Assembly (NCBI GenBank): GCA_964630555.1
Contig: CAZVVD010000003.1
Coordinates: 1-61,457, forward strand
DNA: 61,457 nt
Reading direction: 5' to 3'
Source: an uncultured Verrucomicrobiota bacterium
GTDB taxonomy: Bacteria; Verrucomicrobiota; Kiritimatiellia; JAAZAB01
Shown here: positions 38,321-48,033 of the stretch, piece by piece
Position numbering within the stretch: position 1 is the stretch's first letter
How the letters are laid out: every line of letters starts with the position of its first letter
The notes under the pieces: model-generated
The model's database searches: none
Told to the model about the DNA's origin: nothing
The model's input: the letters and a program-made list of their open reading frames with translations, nothing else
Program-made: the position numbers and the translations under genes

Positions 38321-41110
38321 ATGAACACGACGGATCACACCGCGGGCTGCGATCTCAATGCCGCGCTGACGCGAATGAAGCACAGCTGGCAATCTGGCTT
38401 GCTGCTGTGCGCCGCCGTGCGCCTGGCCGGCGAAGCGCTGGTGGCCCTCTCCGTCTACGGTGTGGCCGACGCCTTCCTCGCCCTGGCGGACGGCGTCCGC
38501 ATCGTCCTGGGAATCCTGCTGGCCGCCGCGCTGGCCGCGCTCGCCGTGGCGCGGGTGATCCGCATGTTACGGATCACGAACGAACAGATGGCCCGGCGGG
38601 GCGACTCCCTTCTGCGGAGTTCCCGACGCGCCGTGCTCAGCGCCTGGGAACTGGACCGTTGGATTTCCGCCGGCGGAGCCGGCGGAGTCAGCGCCGGGCT
38701 CACGCGCTTCCTGGTCGAACGCAGCATCGGGCTGGCGACCGCCAGCCTGCGCGGCCTGCAATGGAAGGAGTATTTCCCTTTCGCCGAAGTCCGGCGCGAA
38801 TTGAAAGCGGCGGGCTTGAAACTGCTGATCCCCGTTTTCCTGCTGATCCTCAATCCAAACGCCGCCAGGACGGTTTTGGGACGCATGCTCCTGCCAGGGC
38901 GCGACATTCCCCCCTATAGCCGCTACACCCTCACGGTTTCCCCAGCCCAACCTTCCGTGTTTTATGGCGGCACGGTCGAATTGGCCGTGGACATCGTCGG
39001 CGGCCCGGTCAACTCGCCGGTCGCCTTCGTCACCCGTTACCAGGGCCGGCGCCAATCGGTGGCCTGTTTCCAGGAAAGCCCCCAACGGTTCGCCCAGCGC
39101 CTGGAGCGGGTCGTCAGCCCGGTCGAGGTGTGTTTCAGCATGGGCAAAGCCCGCAGCCGCTGGCATCCGGTGCAGGTCATTTACCAGCCGATCATCACCC
39201 TGGCCGAGGTGGCCATCAGCCCGCCGGCGTATACCCTCCTTCCCCAGCGCCGATTCTTCGCCGGAACCGAAAGCCTGGCGGGCATCCGGGGCTCGCGGGC
39301 CTCCTTGACCCTCACCAGCAACCGCCCCCTCCTGGACGGCGTCATGACCCTTACTTACCGCAGCGGCACGGGACGCGACGAAGCCATGCGCGGCCTGAAA
39401 ACCGGCGCGCACACCGTCACGTTCGACTGGACCCTCAAGGAGCCGGCCCAGCTGGAGCTGTCCGTGCGCGACATGCGCGGCGCAAAAAACAAGGAGCCCT
39501 ACAAGCTGGATCAAAAGGTCCTACCGGATAATCCTCCGGAAGCGGCCATCACCGAGCCGGTCGGCTTTGCCCTGGCCACGCCCAAAATTACGCTGGCACT
39601 GCAGGGGTATGCCGCCGACGATTACGGGCTGCGCCGGGTGGAATTGGTCCAGACGGTGGCCGGCTACCGCGACCGGGCCAAATTCATTGGTCCGGCAAGC
39701 CCGGAGCGCCGCTTCGATTTCGACGCGCCGGCCGATCTGCAGGCGATCGGCGTCGAGGCGGGGCAGCTCCTGGAATTCTACCTCGAAGCCTCGGACCAGA
39801 ACCCGCTCATGACCGGGGCCACGGCCTCCGATATCGTTCGCGTTCGCATCATATCCGAGGACGACTACGCGGCCATCCTACGGGAGCGCACGACCCTGGA
39901 CGCCTTCCTAAACCGCTACCGCCGGCTGACGGAAAGCCTGGCCGAGGTAAAAACCGCCTTGCGCGAATTCAAGGCGGCAGCCGAGTCGGGCCGCGCCCCG
40001 GCGTCCGAACTGGAACGCCTTCGGGAGCGGGCGGCGCGGGTTCATGAGACGGCGGCGGACCTGTTCTACAAGACCTCGACGGATTTCCCGATTTTCGATT
40101 GCGAAGCGACCCTGGCGGACGCGCTGGCGGCCCTGATCAATCCCCTGCGGAAGAACGAACAAATGCTGGCGCTGGTCATGACCTCGGACCCGCGTCTGCC
40201 ACAAATCATCGACCTCATGCTGGCGCGGCTGGGGGAGCAGGAAGCAAGCCTGGGCGCCGAAACCCAACGCGCCGAAGATATCGCCCGCGTGGCGCGCGTG
40301 ATGGAAGCAGCCGCCGTCTTCAATGCCATCGTGCTCCGGCAGACTGCCCTGGTCAGGCGGCTGGCCCGCTTCGAGCCGCCGGCCTCCGAAAAAAGCAATG
40401 CGCTCCTGGCCGCCCTCGGCCGGAACCAGGCCGAAATCCGGGAGGCCCTGGCCGCCCTGTGCGACCGCATCGAGGAGGCGGCGGGCCGCCTGCCGGAAGA
40501 CTATGCCGAGCTTGGGGACAGCGCCCGGGAATTTGTCGACGCCCTCGCCGAAAGTGGCATCGCGGAACTGATGCAGGCGGCGGTCACGGCGGCGGGAAAC
40601 CAAGCCGGCCCGCAAACGGCCCGCCATGCCCGCCATGCCCTGGAGAAACTGCTCGAACTGGCCAAGTCCCAGGGCAACTCGCCCTTCGGGGGCTTAACCG
40701 GCAAGCGCATGAATTTCGGCGTCGGCCCGGGCTTGAAAGACACCCTGGAACAGATGCTGGCGGCGATGAACCCGGGACAGGGCAACGGCGCCAAACCGGG
40801 CTTCTTCGGCGTCGGCTGGGGCGGCGGCAATACCGACGACGGCTTCGCGATGGCGCAAACGTCGCTGCTCGACATCCCGGTCTTCGGTCCGGCGCGTGAC
40901 ATGCCGCCCGCTCCCGGCGGCGGCAGCGGGACGGGCCAGTCGAATGCCACCTGCCAAGCCGGCGCGCCGGTCACCGCCACGGCCGCCGACACGCTGACGG
41001 TGCCGGCAAAAGGGCCGCCGCCGGGCGAAAGCCTGCCGGCGGAAAACATTCCCGAGAAATACCGCGAAGCGCTCAAGCGTTACTTCAACCAGGAGGGCAA
41101 CCCTTCATGA
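38321..41110 (+). CDS. DUF4175-like membrane-anchored coiled-coil protein (929 aa). Short paralogue of 3299..9355.
   Basis: N-terminal TM pair. DDYGLRRVELV motif. Roughly 280-aa helical region. C-terminal PEKYREALKRYFNQ. 18-nt gap upstream and ATGA overlap downstream. Confidence 0.8.
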   Translation: MNTTDHTAGCDLNAALTRMKHSWQSGLLLCAAVRLAGEALVALSVYGVADAFLALADGVRIVLGILLAAALAALAVARVIRMLRITNEQMARRGDSLLRSSRRAVLSAWELDRWISAGGAGGVSAGLTRFLVERSIGLATASLRGLQWKEYFPFAEVRRELKAAGLKLLIPVFLLILNPNAARTVLGRMLLPGRDIPPYSRYTLTVSPAQPSVFYGGTVELAVDIVGGPVNSPVAFVTRYQGRRQSVACFQESPQRFAQRLERVVSPVEVCFSMGKARSRWHPVQVIYQPIITLAEVAISPPAYTLLPQRRFFAGTESLAGIRGSRASLTLTSNRPLLDGVMTLTYRSGTGRDEAMRGLKTGAHTVTFDWTLKEPAQLELSVRDMRGAKNKEPYKLDQKVLPDNPPEAAITEPVGFALATPKITLALQGYAADDYGLRRVELVQTVAGYRDRAKFIGPASPERRFDFDAPADLQAIGVEAGQLLEFYLEASDQNPLMTGATASDIVRVRIISEDDYAAILRERTTLDAFLNRYRRLTESLAEVKTALREFKAAAESGRAPASELERLRERAARVHETAADLFYKTSTDFPIFDCEATLADALAALINPLRKNEQMLALVMTSDPRLPQIIDLMLARLGEQEASLGAETQRAEDIARVARVMEAAAVFNAIVLRQTALVRRLARFEPPASEKSNALLAALGRNQAEIREALAALCDRIEEAAGRLPEDYAELGDSAREFVDALAESGIAELMQAAVTAAGNQAGPQTARHARHALEKLLELAKSQGNSPFGGLTGKRMNFGVGPGLKDTLEQMLAAMNPGQGNGAKPGFFGVGWGGGNTDDGFAMAQTSLLDIPVFGPARDMPPAPGGGSGTGQSNATCQAGAPVTATAADTLTVPAKGPPPGESLPAENIPEKYREALKRYFNQEGNPS

Positions 41111-41874
41111 TCGCGGCCTCCAAGCAAACGGGTCCATCGCAAGCGGTGAAACAGGCAAGCTGCGCCGGCCGCAGCCTGCCCGCAAGGCTTTGCCCGCCGA
41201 TGCCGGCGGGTCAAACGCGTCCCTCCAAAAGCGCCCTGGCGGGAGTGATCCTGGCCGCCGGCCTGCTGGCGGGGCCGGTTGCGGCCAAGGAAGGCACCAT
41301 CCAGTGCGCCAATTTGATTTACGGCGGAACGCATACCTCGCGTTGTTTCAGCGACGAATTCCTCAGCGCGGTCCAGAAACAGACCACGATTCCCACCGAG
41401 CGCCGCTTCAAGAGCGTTAAGCTCGGTTCCGATGAGTTATTCCAATACCCGTTCGTGGTGATGACTGGCGAGTCGAATTTTCATTTCACCGGGCCGGAAC
41501 GCGAGAACCTGAAAAAGTATTTGACCCGCGGCGGTTTCCTGCTGGCTTCCGCCGGATGTTCCAACAAGGACTGGGACCGCGCCTTCCGGCGAGAAATGCG
41601 CGTGATGTTCGGCGATCACAGCCTGAAGAATATCGAGATGACCCATCCCCTCTTCCACACCGTGCACGAGATCAAGGAGTTAAAGCTGCAACACGCCGGC
41701 GACAACGCGCAGCTGCAGGGCATCGAATCGAACGGCAAGCTGGCGGTCGTCTATTCACCCCACGGCTTGAACGACACCTCCCACACCGTGGGTTGCTGCT
41801 GTTGCGGCGGCAACGAGATCGTCAATTCGCTAGAAATGAACGTGAATATCGTCGTCTACGCCTTGTTGTATTAA
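41107..41874 (+). CDS. DUF4159-like exported protein with a C-terminal GCCCCGG motif.
   Basis: 255 aa. Signal/TM ALAGVILAAGLLAGPVAA. CANLIYGGTHTSRCF. GGFLLASAGCSNKDWDRAFRREM. CCCC is encoded at 41794-41805. Confidence 0.8.
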   Translation: MIAASKQTGPSQAVKQASCAGRSLPARLCPPMPAGQTRPSKSALAGVILAAGLLAGPVAAKEGTIQCANLIYGGTHTSRCFSDEFLSAVQKQTTIPTERRFKSVKLGSDELFQYPFVVMTGESNFHFTGPERENLKKYLTRGGFLLASAGCSNKDWDRAFRREMRVMFGDHSLKNIEMTHPLFHTVHEIKELKLQHAGDNAQLQGIESNGKLAVVYSPHGLNDTSHTVGCCCCGGNEIVNSLEMNVNIVVYALLY

Positions 41875-41878
41875 ACCC

Positions 41879-44800
41879 ATGAACCAGCTCCGGCCATGCC
41901 TGCTCATTGTTAGCGCCCTCCTGGCGGCAAGCCTTCCGGCGCCGGCCATCCCGACCGCGCCCAGGATCGAACCGACCCCGGCCGTCATCTCGAACGCCCC
42001 GCCCCCCCTGGTATGGCACACCAGCCTGAAGCCGGCACTGCTCAAGGCCGCCGCCGAATACCAGCCGGCGCTCGTGCTTTTCAGCACGCCCGCCTGCCCG
42101 TGGTGCCTGCGCCTGAAAGCAGAAATGATGGATGACCCCGACACCCACGCCCTGCTTCAACATTTTGCGCTGGTTGAAATCGACGCCGGCGACGATCCCG
42201 AAATGGCCGCCGCCTACCAGATCGCCGGTGTGCCGACCCTGGTTGTTCTTTCGGCCGGCGGCGACGTTCAGCAATATGCCTCGGGCTATCGAACACCGCA
42301 AGAGGTGCGCGAGGTCTTGAAGGCCGCCTTGAATCCGGAATTCCTGCGCCGCCAGGACCCCGCCTATTCCGCCCTGATGAAAATGCTGGCCGACCAGAAA
42401 GTGCCCGCCGATCAATGGCCGGATATCCTGACCGCCCTGGGTTCTCCCGTAAAGCGCAAGACGCTGCATGACGCCATCCTAGGCCTGGCGCCGTTTCCCA
42501 AACAAGACCTGGCCGGCATGCTGCGCCATCCCCGCCTGGCCGTGCGCCTGGGCGCGCTGGAAATATTGGAGGAAATGACCGGGGACGCCTTCGGGTTCGA
42601 CCCCTGGCTCGCCCCGGGCGCGACCGAAAACCAGGCTGCCGCGGATCAATGGTCGGCCTGGGTCTCGTCCACCAACAGACAGGCCACCCTATATGCCACC
42701 TTGACCCAGGACCAGATCAACGCCTATATCCGCGACTTGATTTCCGATCATCCCGATCGCGCGCGGCGCGCCCGGCAGATGCTTCATAACGGCGGCCCGT
42801 CAGTGGCCGGCGCCCTGGCCGGGTTCCTGGAGGAAAATCCGGGATTACCCCCGGCCGCCGCCATGACCGTCAAGGAGGTGCAATATGCCAATCTGCTGGC
42901 GGGGATCGACGGCAGCGACCCCCATTCCCTGGCGCACCATCTGGTCTTCGGTTCGCTGGATGTCCGCCAGAGCAGTATTCCCAAATTGATGACGGCCGGA
43001 GCCGGCGCGCTGGTGATCCTGCAGGATTTCCTGAACGATCCCGACCCCATGCTGCGCGAGGCCGCGATCGACACCTTGATCGCCGCCAACAGCATGAGCG
43101 CGCCCGCCTTGCTGGAAAAACGGCTCAAGGTGGAAAACGATCCGGAAGTGGTCTGCGCGATGCTGCGCGGTCTGGGCCGCGTCAAGAGCAAGCGGGGGCT
43201 GGCCGTGCTGATCTCGTACCTGGACCATGCCAACGAGGACCTGGCCGTCACCGCCCTGAACAGCGTCACCCGTTTGAAGGCCAAAGCAGCCGTGGCCCCC
43301 GTGGAAGCATGCCTGAAAGACCCGCGTTGGCGCGTCCGGGTCGCGGCCCTGGAGGCGATCGGCGCCTTGAAAACAAGCACTCTGACCGATAAGGTCGTCG
43401 CGCTATTGAACGATCCCGACGAATTCGCGCGTTATACCGCGGTTAAGACGCTGTCCTTGATTGCCGATAAAAAAGCGGCGCCCAAGCTCGAAAAGGTTTT
43501 CCTCAAGGAGGACGGGCTGAAGGGCGCTGTGGTCGCGGCCTTTGTCAGTATGGAACTGCCCCTGCCGGCAAGTTTCAAGCCGGCTTTGGCCGGCAAAAAC
43601 CCGGAGGTGCTGCTCTCCGTCATCGAGGCCATCGACTCGGACCAGAAGCCCTGCATCGACCTGGCCTCCGATTTCATTAATCACGAAAACCCCGATGTCG
43701 CCTGCGCCGCTATTCGCATTGCGGCCGCGCACGGCATGAAGATCCCCGCCATCCGCGCCCGAATCGTCGAGACGCTCATATCCGGCTCTCGGGAAAGAAA
43801 ATTGGCAGCGCTGGAGGCCATCCCCCCGCCCGAGGCCAAGGATCGGCTGCCTTCTTTTGGGGCTCCCGCACCGCCGCCGGCGCTTGCGGCGCCGGGAACA
43901 AACCCTCCGGCCCCCATCGATTCCCTCTTCGACGATTTCCTTGGCGCCGGCGGGGCCAGCCCGACTCCTGCAGCCCAGCCCGCTCCTGCAACCCCCGCCC
44001 CGGCAGCCCCGCAAGGGGTTGCGCTGGACGATATCCTGACCGCATTTTCTCAGGCCGACGCCGGCCGGACGACAGGCGGCGTGTCCGCCGCCGCGTCCCC
44101 GGAAAGCGCACACCCCGGAGAGCGGTCCCCTGCGCGCTACACCACGGAACGGTTATTGCAGGAAGTCGACACACTGCGGGCCGGGTCCGACCCCGAAATC
44201 TCTTTCCGGGCCGCCCTGTTGCTTACCCGCTACGGCAGTCCGGCGGGCCTGGCCTATCTCCAGAACGGGCTGGCGGAGCGGTCCGTCGCGGAACGGCTGG
44301 CGGTCGCCGACAGTCTCGACGGCGTGGCCGGCAGGGCGCCGAGCCATTGCCTGCGTTTGCTGCTGAACGATCCCGCCGACACGGTCCGCCAAACGGTCAT
44401 CGCGTCTGCCCTGGAAAGTCTCGATACCCCTGCGATCCTGGATTTCTTGTTCGAAGAGCTTTTGCGCCGCGGCACACGCCTCAAGCCCTACGAATTATAC
44501 ACCTACGAATTATCGAACGCGGACCGCAACCCGGCGGCCAGGCAGAACCTGCTCAAGTGGGCCCGGCGCCTGATCGCGGAAAGCACGGACCCGGAGACCC
44601 AGGATCTGGGAATATTCCTGCTGGAAGGATATGGAACCAAGCAGGATGCCCAACGCATCCGTCCTTTCCTGCAAGCCGAGAACCCCTTCCTGCGCCGCGC
44701 GGCCTATCATGCGCTCGGCAAACTGGATACCCCGGCATTTACCAACCTGGCCGGCGCCGCCGCGTCCGATTCGTCCGAATATGTCCGCACCGTCGTGCCC

Positions 44801-46393
44801 GACATTTACAACCGCGGAAGATCGCAATGGATTAATTATTTCGACCTGGAGCATTTCTCGTACAATTATTCTTCTTTCTCCTCGTATGACCGGCAAAGCC
44901 GCCCCTTGCCGCCGGATATCGAAGCGCTCTTGTTCAGGCTGACCCGCGACGCATCGCCCAAGGTGCGGATCGAGGCGTTTTTCAGTCTGCTCGAAAACCG
45001 CAAAGCACTGAACCTGGCCGAATTTGCCGCGACCATTGACAGTTTTCCCGACCGCATGGAAATCCGTTCGCGCGTTACGGATTATCTCAGCTCCAACTTC
45101 GAGAATCTCGGTAAGGGGTTCGGCATCCTGTTGCGCTACCTTGATGACAACCGCGGGGACAGCGAGCGCTTCCAAAAGATACGCAAGCATTTCGACATGG
45201 GGGACGAGGAAGAGGCGGATGCCGCGGCCCTGTCGGCCCGGTTGGCCAAACCGTCCGCTCGCATGGCGGTTTACCTGAGCACAAACGACAACCGGCAAGC
45301 CGCCAACGCGCAACGGATCAAGATGGTGTTTTTCACCAGCGCGGGCTGCGCCGACTGCGCCCGCGTGAAGAGATTCCTGCCGGAGCTGCGCGAATTGTTC
45401 CCGTGGCTGGATGCTCGGACCCACGACTTACGCACGATCAGGGCCATGAAGCTGAACGAGGCCTTGTGCGAAAGATTCGGCGTGCCCGACAACCTGCGCC
45501 TGGTCTCCCCCGCCGTCTTCGCCAACGGCGGCTTTCTCATCAAGAAGGACATCACCTTCGAACGGCTGGCTGATCTCCTCGCGCGTTCGGCGACCATGTC
45601 CGCAGAGGACTGGCTGGCCGCGCCGGAAGTGGACTTGGCGGCGGCCGGACATGCCATCGCCCGGCGCTACGCGGCACTTTCGCCGCTGCTTGTGGCCGGC
45701 AGTGGATTTCTGGACGGCATCAACCCCTGCGCTTTCGCGACCCTGATCTTCCTCGTTTCGTACCTGCAGATCGCGCGCCACAAACCGCGCGAAACCGTCC
45801 AGGTTGCCGCCGCCTTCATCAGCGGCGTGTTCCTGGCCTATCTCGGGCTGGGCCTCGGGTTGGCACAGATCATCTCCCGGATGATGGTGCTCAACAAAGC
45901 AAGCCTGGTGCTCAACTGGGGATTGGCTGCCTTGGTCCTGGTATTGATGGTGTTGAACATACGGGATGGCATTTTATGCCTGCAGGGGCGCTTGGCGGAA
46001 ACGGCGCTTCAGCTTCCCGCATTTTTAAAGAAGGCCACTCACATCGTCATTCGCCGCGGCGCCCGTCACGCCCGTTTTGTAGTCGCCGCGTTTATCGTCG
46101 GCTTGGTCATCTCCCTGTTGGAATTGGCCTGCACGGGCCAGGTCTATGCCCCGACGATCGGATTTATCGTCCAGACCCAGGGACTTTCGGCTCGCGCTGT
46201 CGGCCTGCTCATCCTGTATAATGCTGCGTTTATTCTGCCGCTGATCGCCGTGTTCACGCTGGTTCTTTTCGGTCTGACCGCAGGGCGAATGACGCTCTGG
46301 CTCCAGCGGCACGCCGCGGCCGTCAAGTTCGGCACGGCCGGCCTCTTCCTGGCTCTCTTTATCCTTTTCTTTATCTGGGCCGGGCCGCGCTGA
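41879..46393 (+). CDS. 1,504-aa fusion: signal peptide, thioredoxin-like domain (CPWC), HEAT array, P/A linker, HEAT array, second thioredoxin/glutaredoxin-like domain (CADC), and a 6-TM DsbD/CcdA-like thiol-disulfide transporter domain.
   Basis: CPWC at 42095-42106 in the context ALVLFSTPACPWCLRLK. HEAT-like units: PRLAVRLGALEILEE, DPMLREAAIDTLI, DPRWRVRVAALEAIGAL, DEFARYTAVKTLSLI, NPFLRRAAYHALGKL, SPKVRIEAFFSLL. P/A-rich linker at about 43800-44080. CADC at 45347-45358 in MVFFTSAGCADCARVK. TM Cys in GINPCAF (45728-45730) and LELACTGQ (46130-46132). Starts 4 nt after the DUF4159-like gene. Confidence 0.85.
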   Translation: MNQLRPCLLIVSALLAASLPAPAIPTAPRIEPTPAVISNAPPPLVWHTSLKPALLKAAAEYQPALVLFSTPACPWCLRLKAEMMDDPDTHALLQHFALVEIDAGDDPEMAAAYQIAGVPTLVVLSAGGDVQQYASGYRTPQEVREVLKAALNPEFLRRQDPAYSALMKMLADQKVPADQWPDILTALGSPVKRKTLHDAILGLAPFPKQDLAGMLRHPRLAVRLGALEILEEMTGDAFGFDPWLAPGATENQAAADQWSAWVSSTNRQATLYATLTQDQINAYIRDLISDHPDRARRARQMLHNGGPSVAGALAGFLEENPGLPPAAAMTVKEVQYANLLAGIDGSDPHSLAHHLVFGSLDVRQSSIPKLMTAGAGALVILQDFLNDPDPMLREAAIDTLIAANSMSAPALLEKRLKVENDPEVVCAMLRGLGRVKSKRGLAVLISYLDHANEDLAVTALNSVTRLKAKAAVAPVEACLKDPRWRVRVAALEAIGALKTSTLTDKVVALLNDPDEFARYTAVKTLSLIADKKAAPKLEKVFLKEDGLKGAVVAAFVSMELPLPASFKPALAGKNPEVLLSVIEAIDSDQKPCIDLASDFINHENPDVACAAIRIAAAHGMKIPAIRARIVETLISGSRERKLAALEAIPPPEAKDRLPSFGAPAPPPALAAPGTNPPAPIDSLFDDFLGAGGASPTPAAQPAPATPAPAAPQGVALDDILTAFSQADAGRTTGGVSAAASPESAHPGERSPARYTTERLLQEVDTLRAGSDPEISFRAALLLTRYGSPAGLAYLQNGLAERSVAERLAVADSLDGVAGRAPSHCLRLLLNDPADTVRQTVIASALESLDTPAILDFLFEELLRRGTRLKPYELYTYELSNADRNPAARQNLLKWARRLIAESTDPETQDLGIFLLEGYGTKQDAQRIRPFLQAENPFLRRAAYHALGKLDTPAFTNLAGAAASDSSEYVRTVVPDIYNRGRSQWINYFDLEHFSYNYSSFSSYDRQSRPLPPDIEALLFRLTRDASPKVRIEAFFSLLENRKALNLAEFAATIDSFPDRMEIRSRVTDYLSSNFENLGKGFGILLRYLDDNRGDSERFQKIRKHFDMGDEEEADAAALSARLAKPSARMAVYLSTNDNRQAANAQRIKMVFFTSAGCADCARVKRFLPELRELFPWLDARTHDLRTIRAMKLNEALCERFGVPDNLRLVSPAVFANGGFLIKKDITFERLADLLARSATMSAEDWLAAPEVDLAAAGHAIARRYAALSPLLVAGSGFLDGINPCAFATLIFLVSYLQIARHKPRETVQVAAAFISGVFLAYLGLGLGLAQIISRMMVLNKASLVLNWGLAALVLVLMVLNIRDGILCLQGRLAETALQLPAFLKKATHIVIRRGARHARFVVAAFIVGLVISLLELACTGQVYAPTIGFIVQTQGLSARAVGLLILYNAAFILPLIAVFTLVLFGLTAGRMTLWLQRHAAAVKFGTAGLFLALFILFFIWAGPR

Positions 46394-46536
46394 ATGGATT
46401 TGCGGTCAATTCTCAACCCACCTTCAAGCAGCGGTCAACCTGAAGGACACGAATAAGGAACAGGCTAGAATCGATTCGGTTTTTATCCGGAGCCATCAGC
46501 GCCATCCGCGGTCAACAAACTCCGGAATCGAAGTTA

Positions 46537-46764
46537 TTAACCGCAAAGAACGCAGAGATCGCAAAGATAAAACAGATTCTGGTTTAAGGCGGGCTTGCGC
46601 CCGCCGCGGCTGGCGTCACGCCGGCCCTCCCAAAACAAACACGCAAAAAAGTGTATCTTCACGGGATAGCGTCTAATAATATTTCTATTGAAATCAGCGC
46701 CATCTTATTTTTTGGTGGTTAACAACCTGCATTTCTATGTGTTCTTTGCGATCTTTGCGGTTAT
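46537..46764. repeat. MITE-like element of about 228 bp bounded by inverted termini (TT)AACCGCAAAGAACGCAGAGATCGCAAAG / reverse complement ATAACCGCAAAGATCGCAAAGAAC. It encloses a REP-2 copy (46588-46665).
   Basis: The left terminus (46537-46573) and right terminus (46741-46764) were read as reverse complements. The element ends 7 nt before the GT28 start codon. Confidence 0.7.
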
Positions 46765-46771
46765 TCTGGTT

Positions 46772-47902
46772 ATGAAAATACTATTGCTTCATGCCTCGGC
46801 CGGGGCGGGCCACAAGCGGGCGGCGGAAGCGCTCGCCGCCGCCTTGGGCGGGCTCGGCGCCGAGCCCGTCGTGCGCGATATCCTCGATTTCACCGTGCCC
46901 CTGTTCCGGAAAACCTACGTCGAGGGATACCTGGACATCGTCCGGACCGTCCCCGAACTCTGGGGCTACATGTACGCCCGAACCGATCGGGCGGCCCAAC
47001 CGCCATGGAAAAAGGCCACCCGCTCCCTCTTCAACCAGCTGAACACCCTGACCTTTGCGCGATTCTTCGACCGGCTGCGGCCGGATGCCACGGTCTGCAC
47101 GCATTTCCTGCCGCTCGAGATCCTGGCCTCCCGGATCCCAAGGAAAGGCGTCACCACCCCCCTGCACGCAGTGGTGACGGATTTCGCGGTGCATGCGCTG
47201 TGGATATGTCCCAACGTCTCCCGCTACTACGTCGCCACCGAGGAAGCGCGCCGGCACACAATCCGGAAAGGCCAGCCCGCGGATCGCGTCAAGGTCACGG
47301 GGATCCCGATCCACCCGGTTTTTTCCACCCGGGAACCCCCGGAGTCCGCGCGCCGGCGTCTGGGGTTGAAGCCCGACCTGCCCGCGATCCTGCTCATCAG
47401 CGGCGGGTTCGGCGTCGGGCCGACAGTCCAGCTGCTGCGCTCCTTCCGGAACGACGCCTGTCCCTGCCAGATCCTGGTGGTGGTGGGAAAGAACGCGGCC
47501 ATGCAACGGAAGGCGGAGGAAGCGGCCCGGGCCCTGCCGATCGCAGTCAAGGTTTACGGATTCGTGGAGAACGTCCACGAACTGATGGACGCGGCGGACC
47601 TGGTCATCAGCAAGCCCGGCGGGCTGACCAGTTCCGAGGTGCTCGCCAAGGGCAAGCCGCTGGTGATCGTCGATCCCATCCCCGGCCAAGAGCAGCGCAA
47701 CTGCGAATACCTGCTTGAAGCCGGCGCGGCGGTCCGCCTGTTCGAAATCGAGGACGCGCCGGACACGATCCAGGCGCTCCTGGGCGACCGGCGACGCCTG
47801 GAGCGGATGGCCCGCCAGGCCCGGCTGACCGGCAAACCGCAGGCCGCCCTGGCCATTGCCCGGGATATCCTCGCCTCCATCCCCGGTATTTACCGGCAGT
47901 GA
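46772..47902 (+). CDS. GT28-family glycolipid synthase (MGDG-synthase/UgtP-like diacylglycerol glycosyltransferase).
   Basis: Start at ATG 46772 (MKILLLHASAGAGHKRAAEALAAAL). C-terminal SKPGGLTSSEVLAKGKPLVIVDPIPGQEQRN. Confidence 0.85.
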   Translation: MKILLLHASAGAGHKRAAEALAAALGGLGAEPVVRDILDFTVPLFRKTYVEGYLDIVRTVPELWGYMYARTDRAAQPPWKKATRSLFNQLNTLTFARFFDRLRPDATVCTHFLPLEILASRIPRKGVTTPLHAVVTDFAVHALWICPNVSRYYVATEEARRHTIRKGQPADRVKVTGIPIHPVFSTREPPESARRRLGLKPDLPAILLISGGFGVGPTVQLLRSFRNDACPCQILVVVGKNAAMQRKAEEAARALPIAVKVYGFVENVHELMDAADLVISKPGGLTSSEVLAKGKPLVIVDPIPGQEQRNCEYLLEAGAAVRLFEIEDAPDTIQALLGDRRRLERMARQARLTGKPQAALAIARDILASIPGIYRQ

Positions 47903-48033
47903 GTTGACGGCAGCCTGGACATCGGCTTATGCTATACCCCGGCGGTGAGGAACAGGGGCGCGGACGGTCGCGTCGGGTGTGGGTGAACAATTCACGCTGC
48001 GTAACTTATTCAGGCCAGGGGAGAACAACGGAA

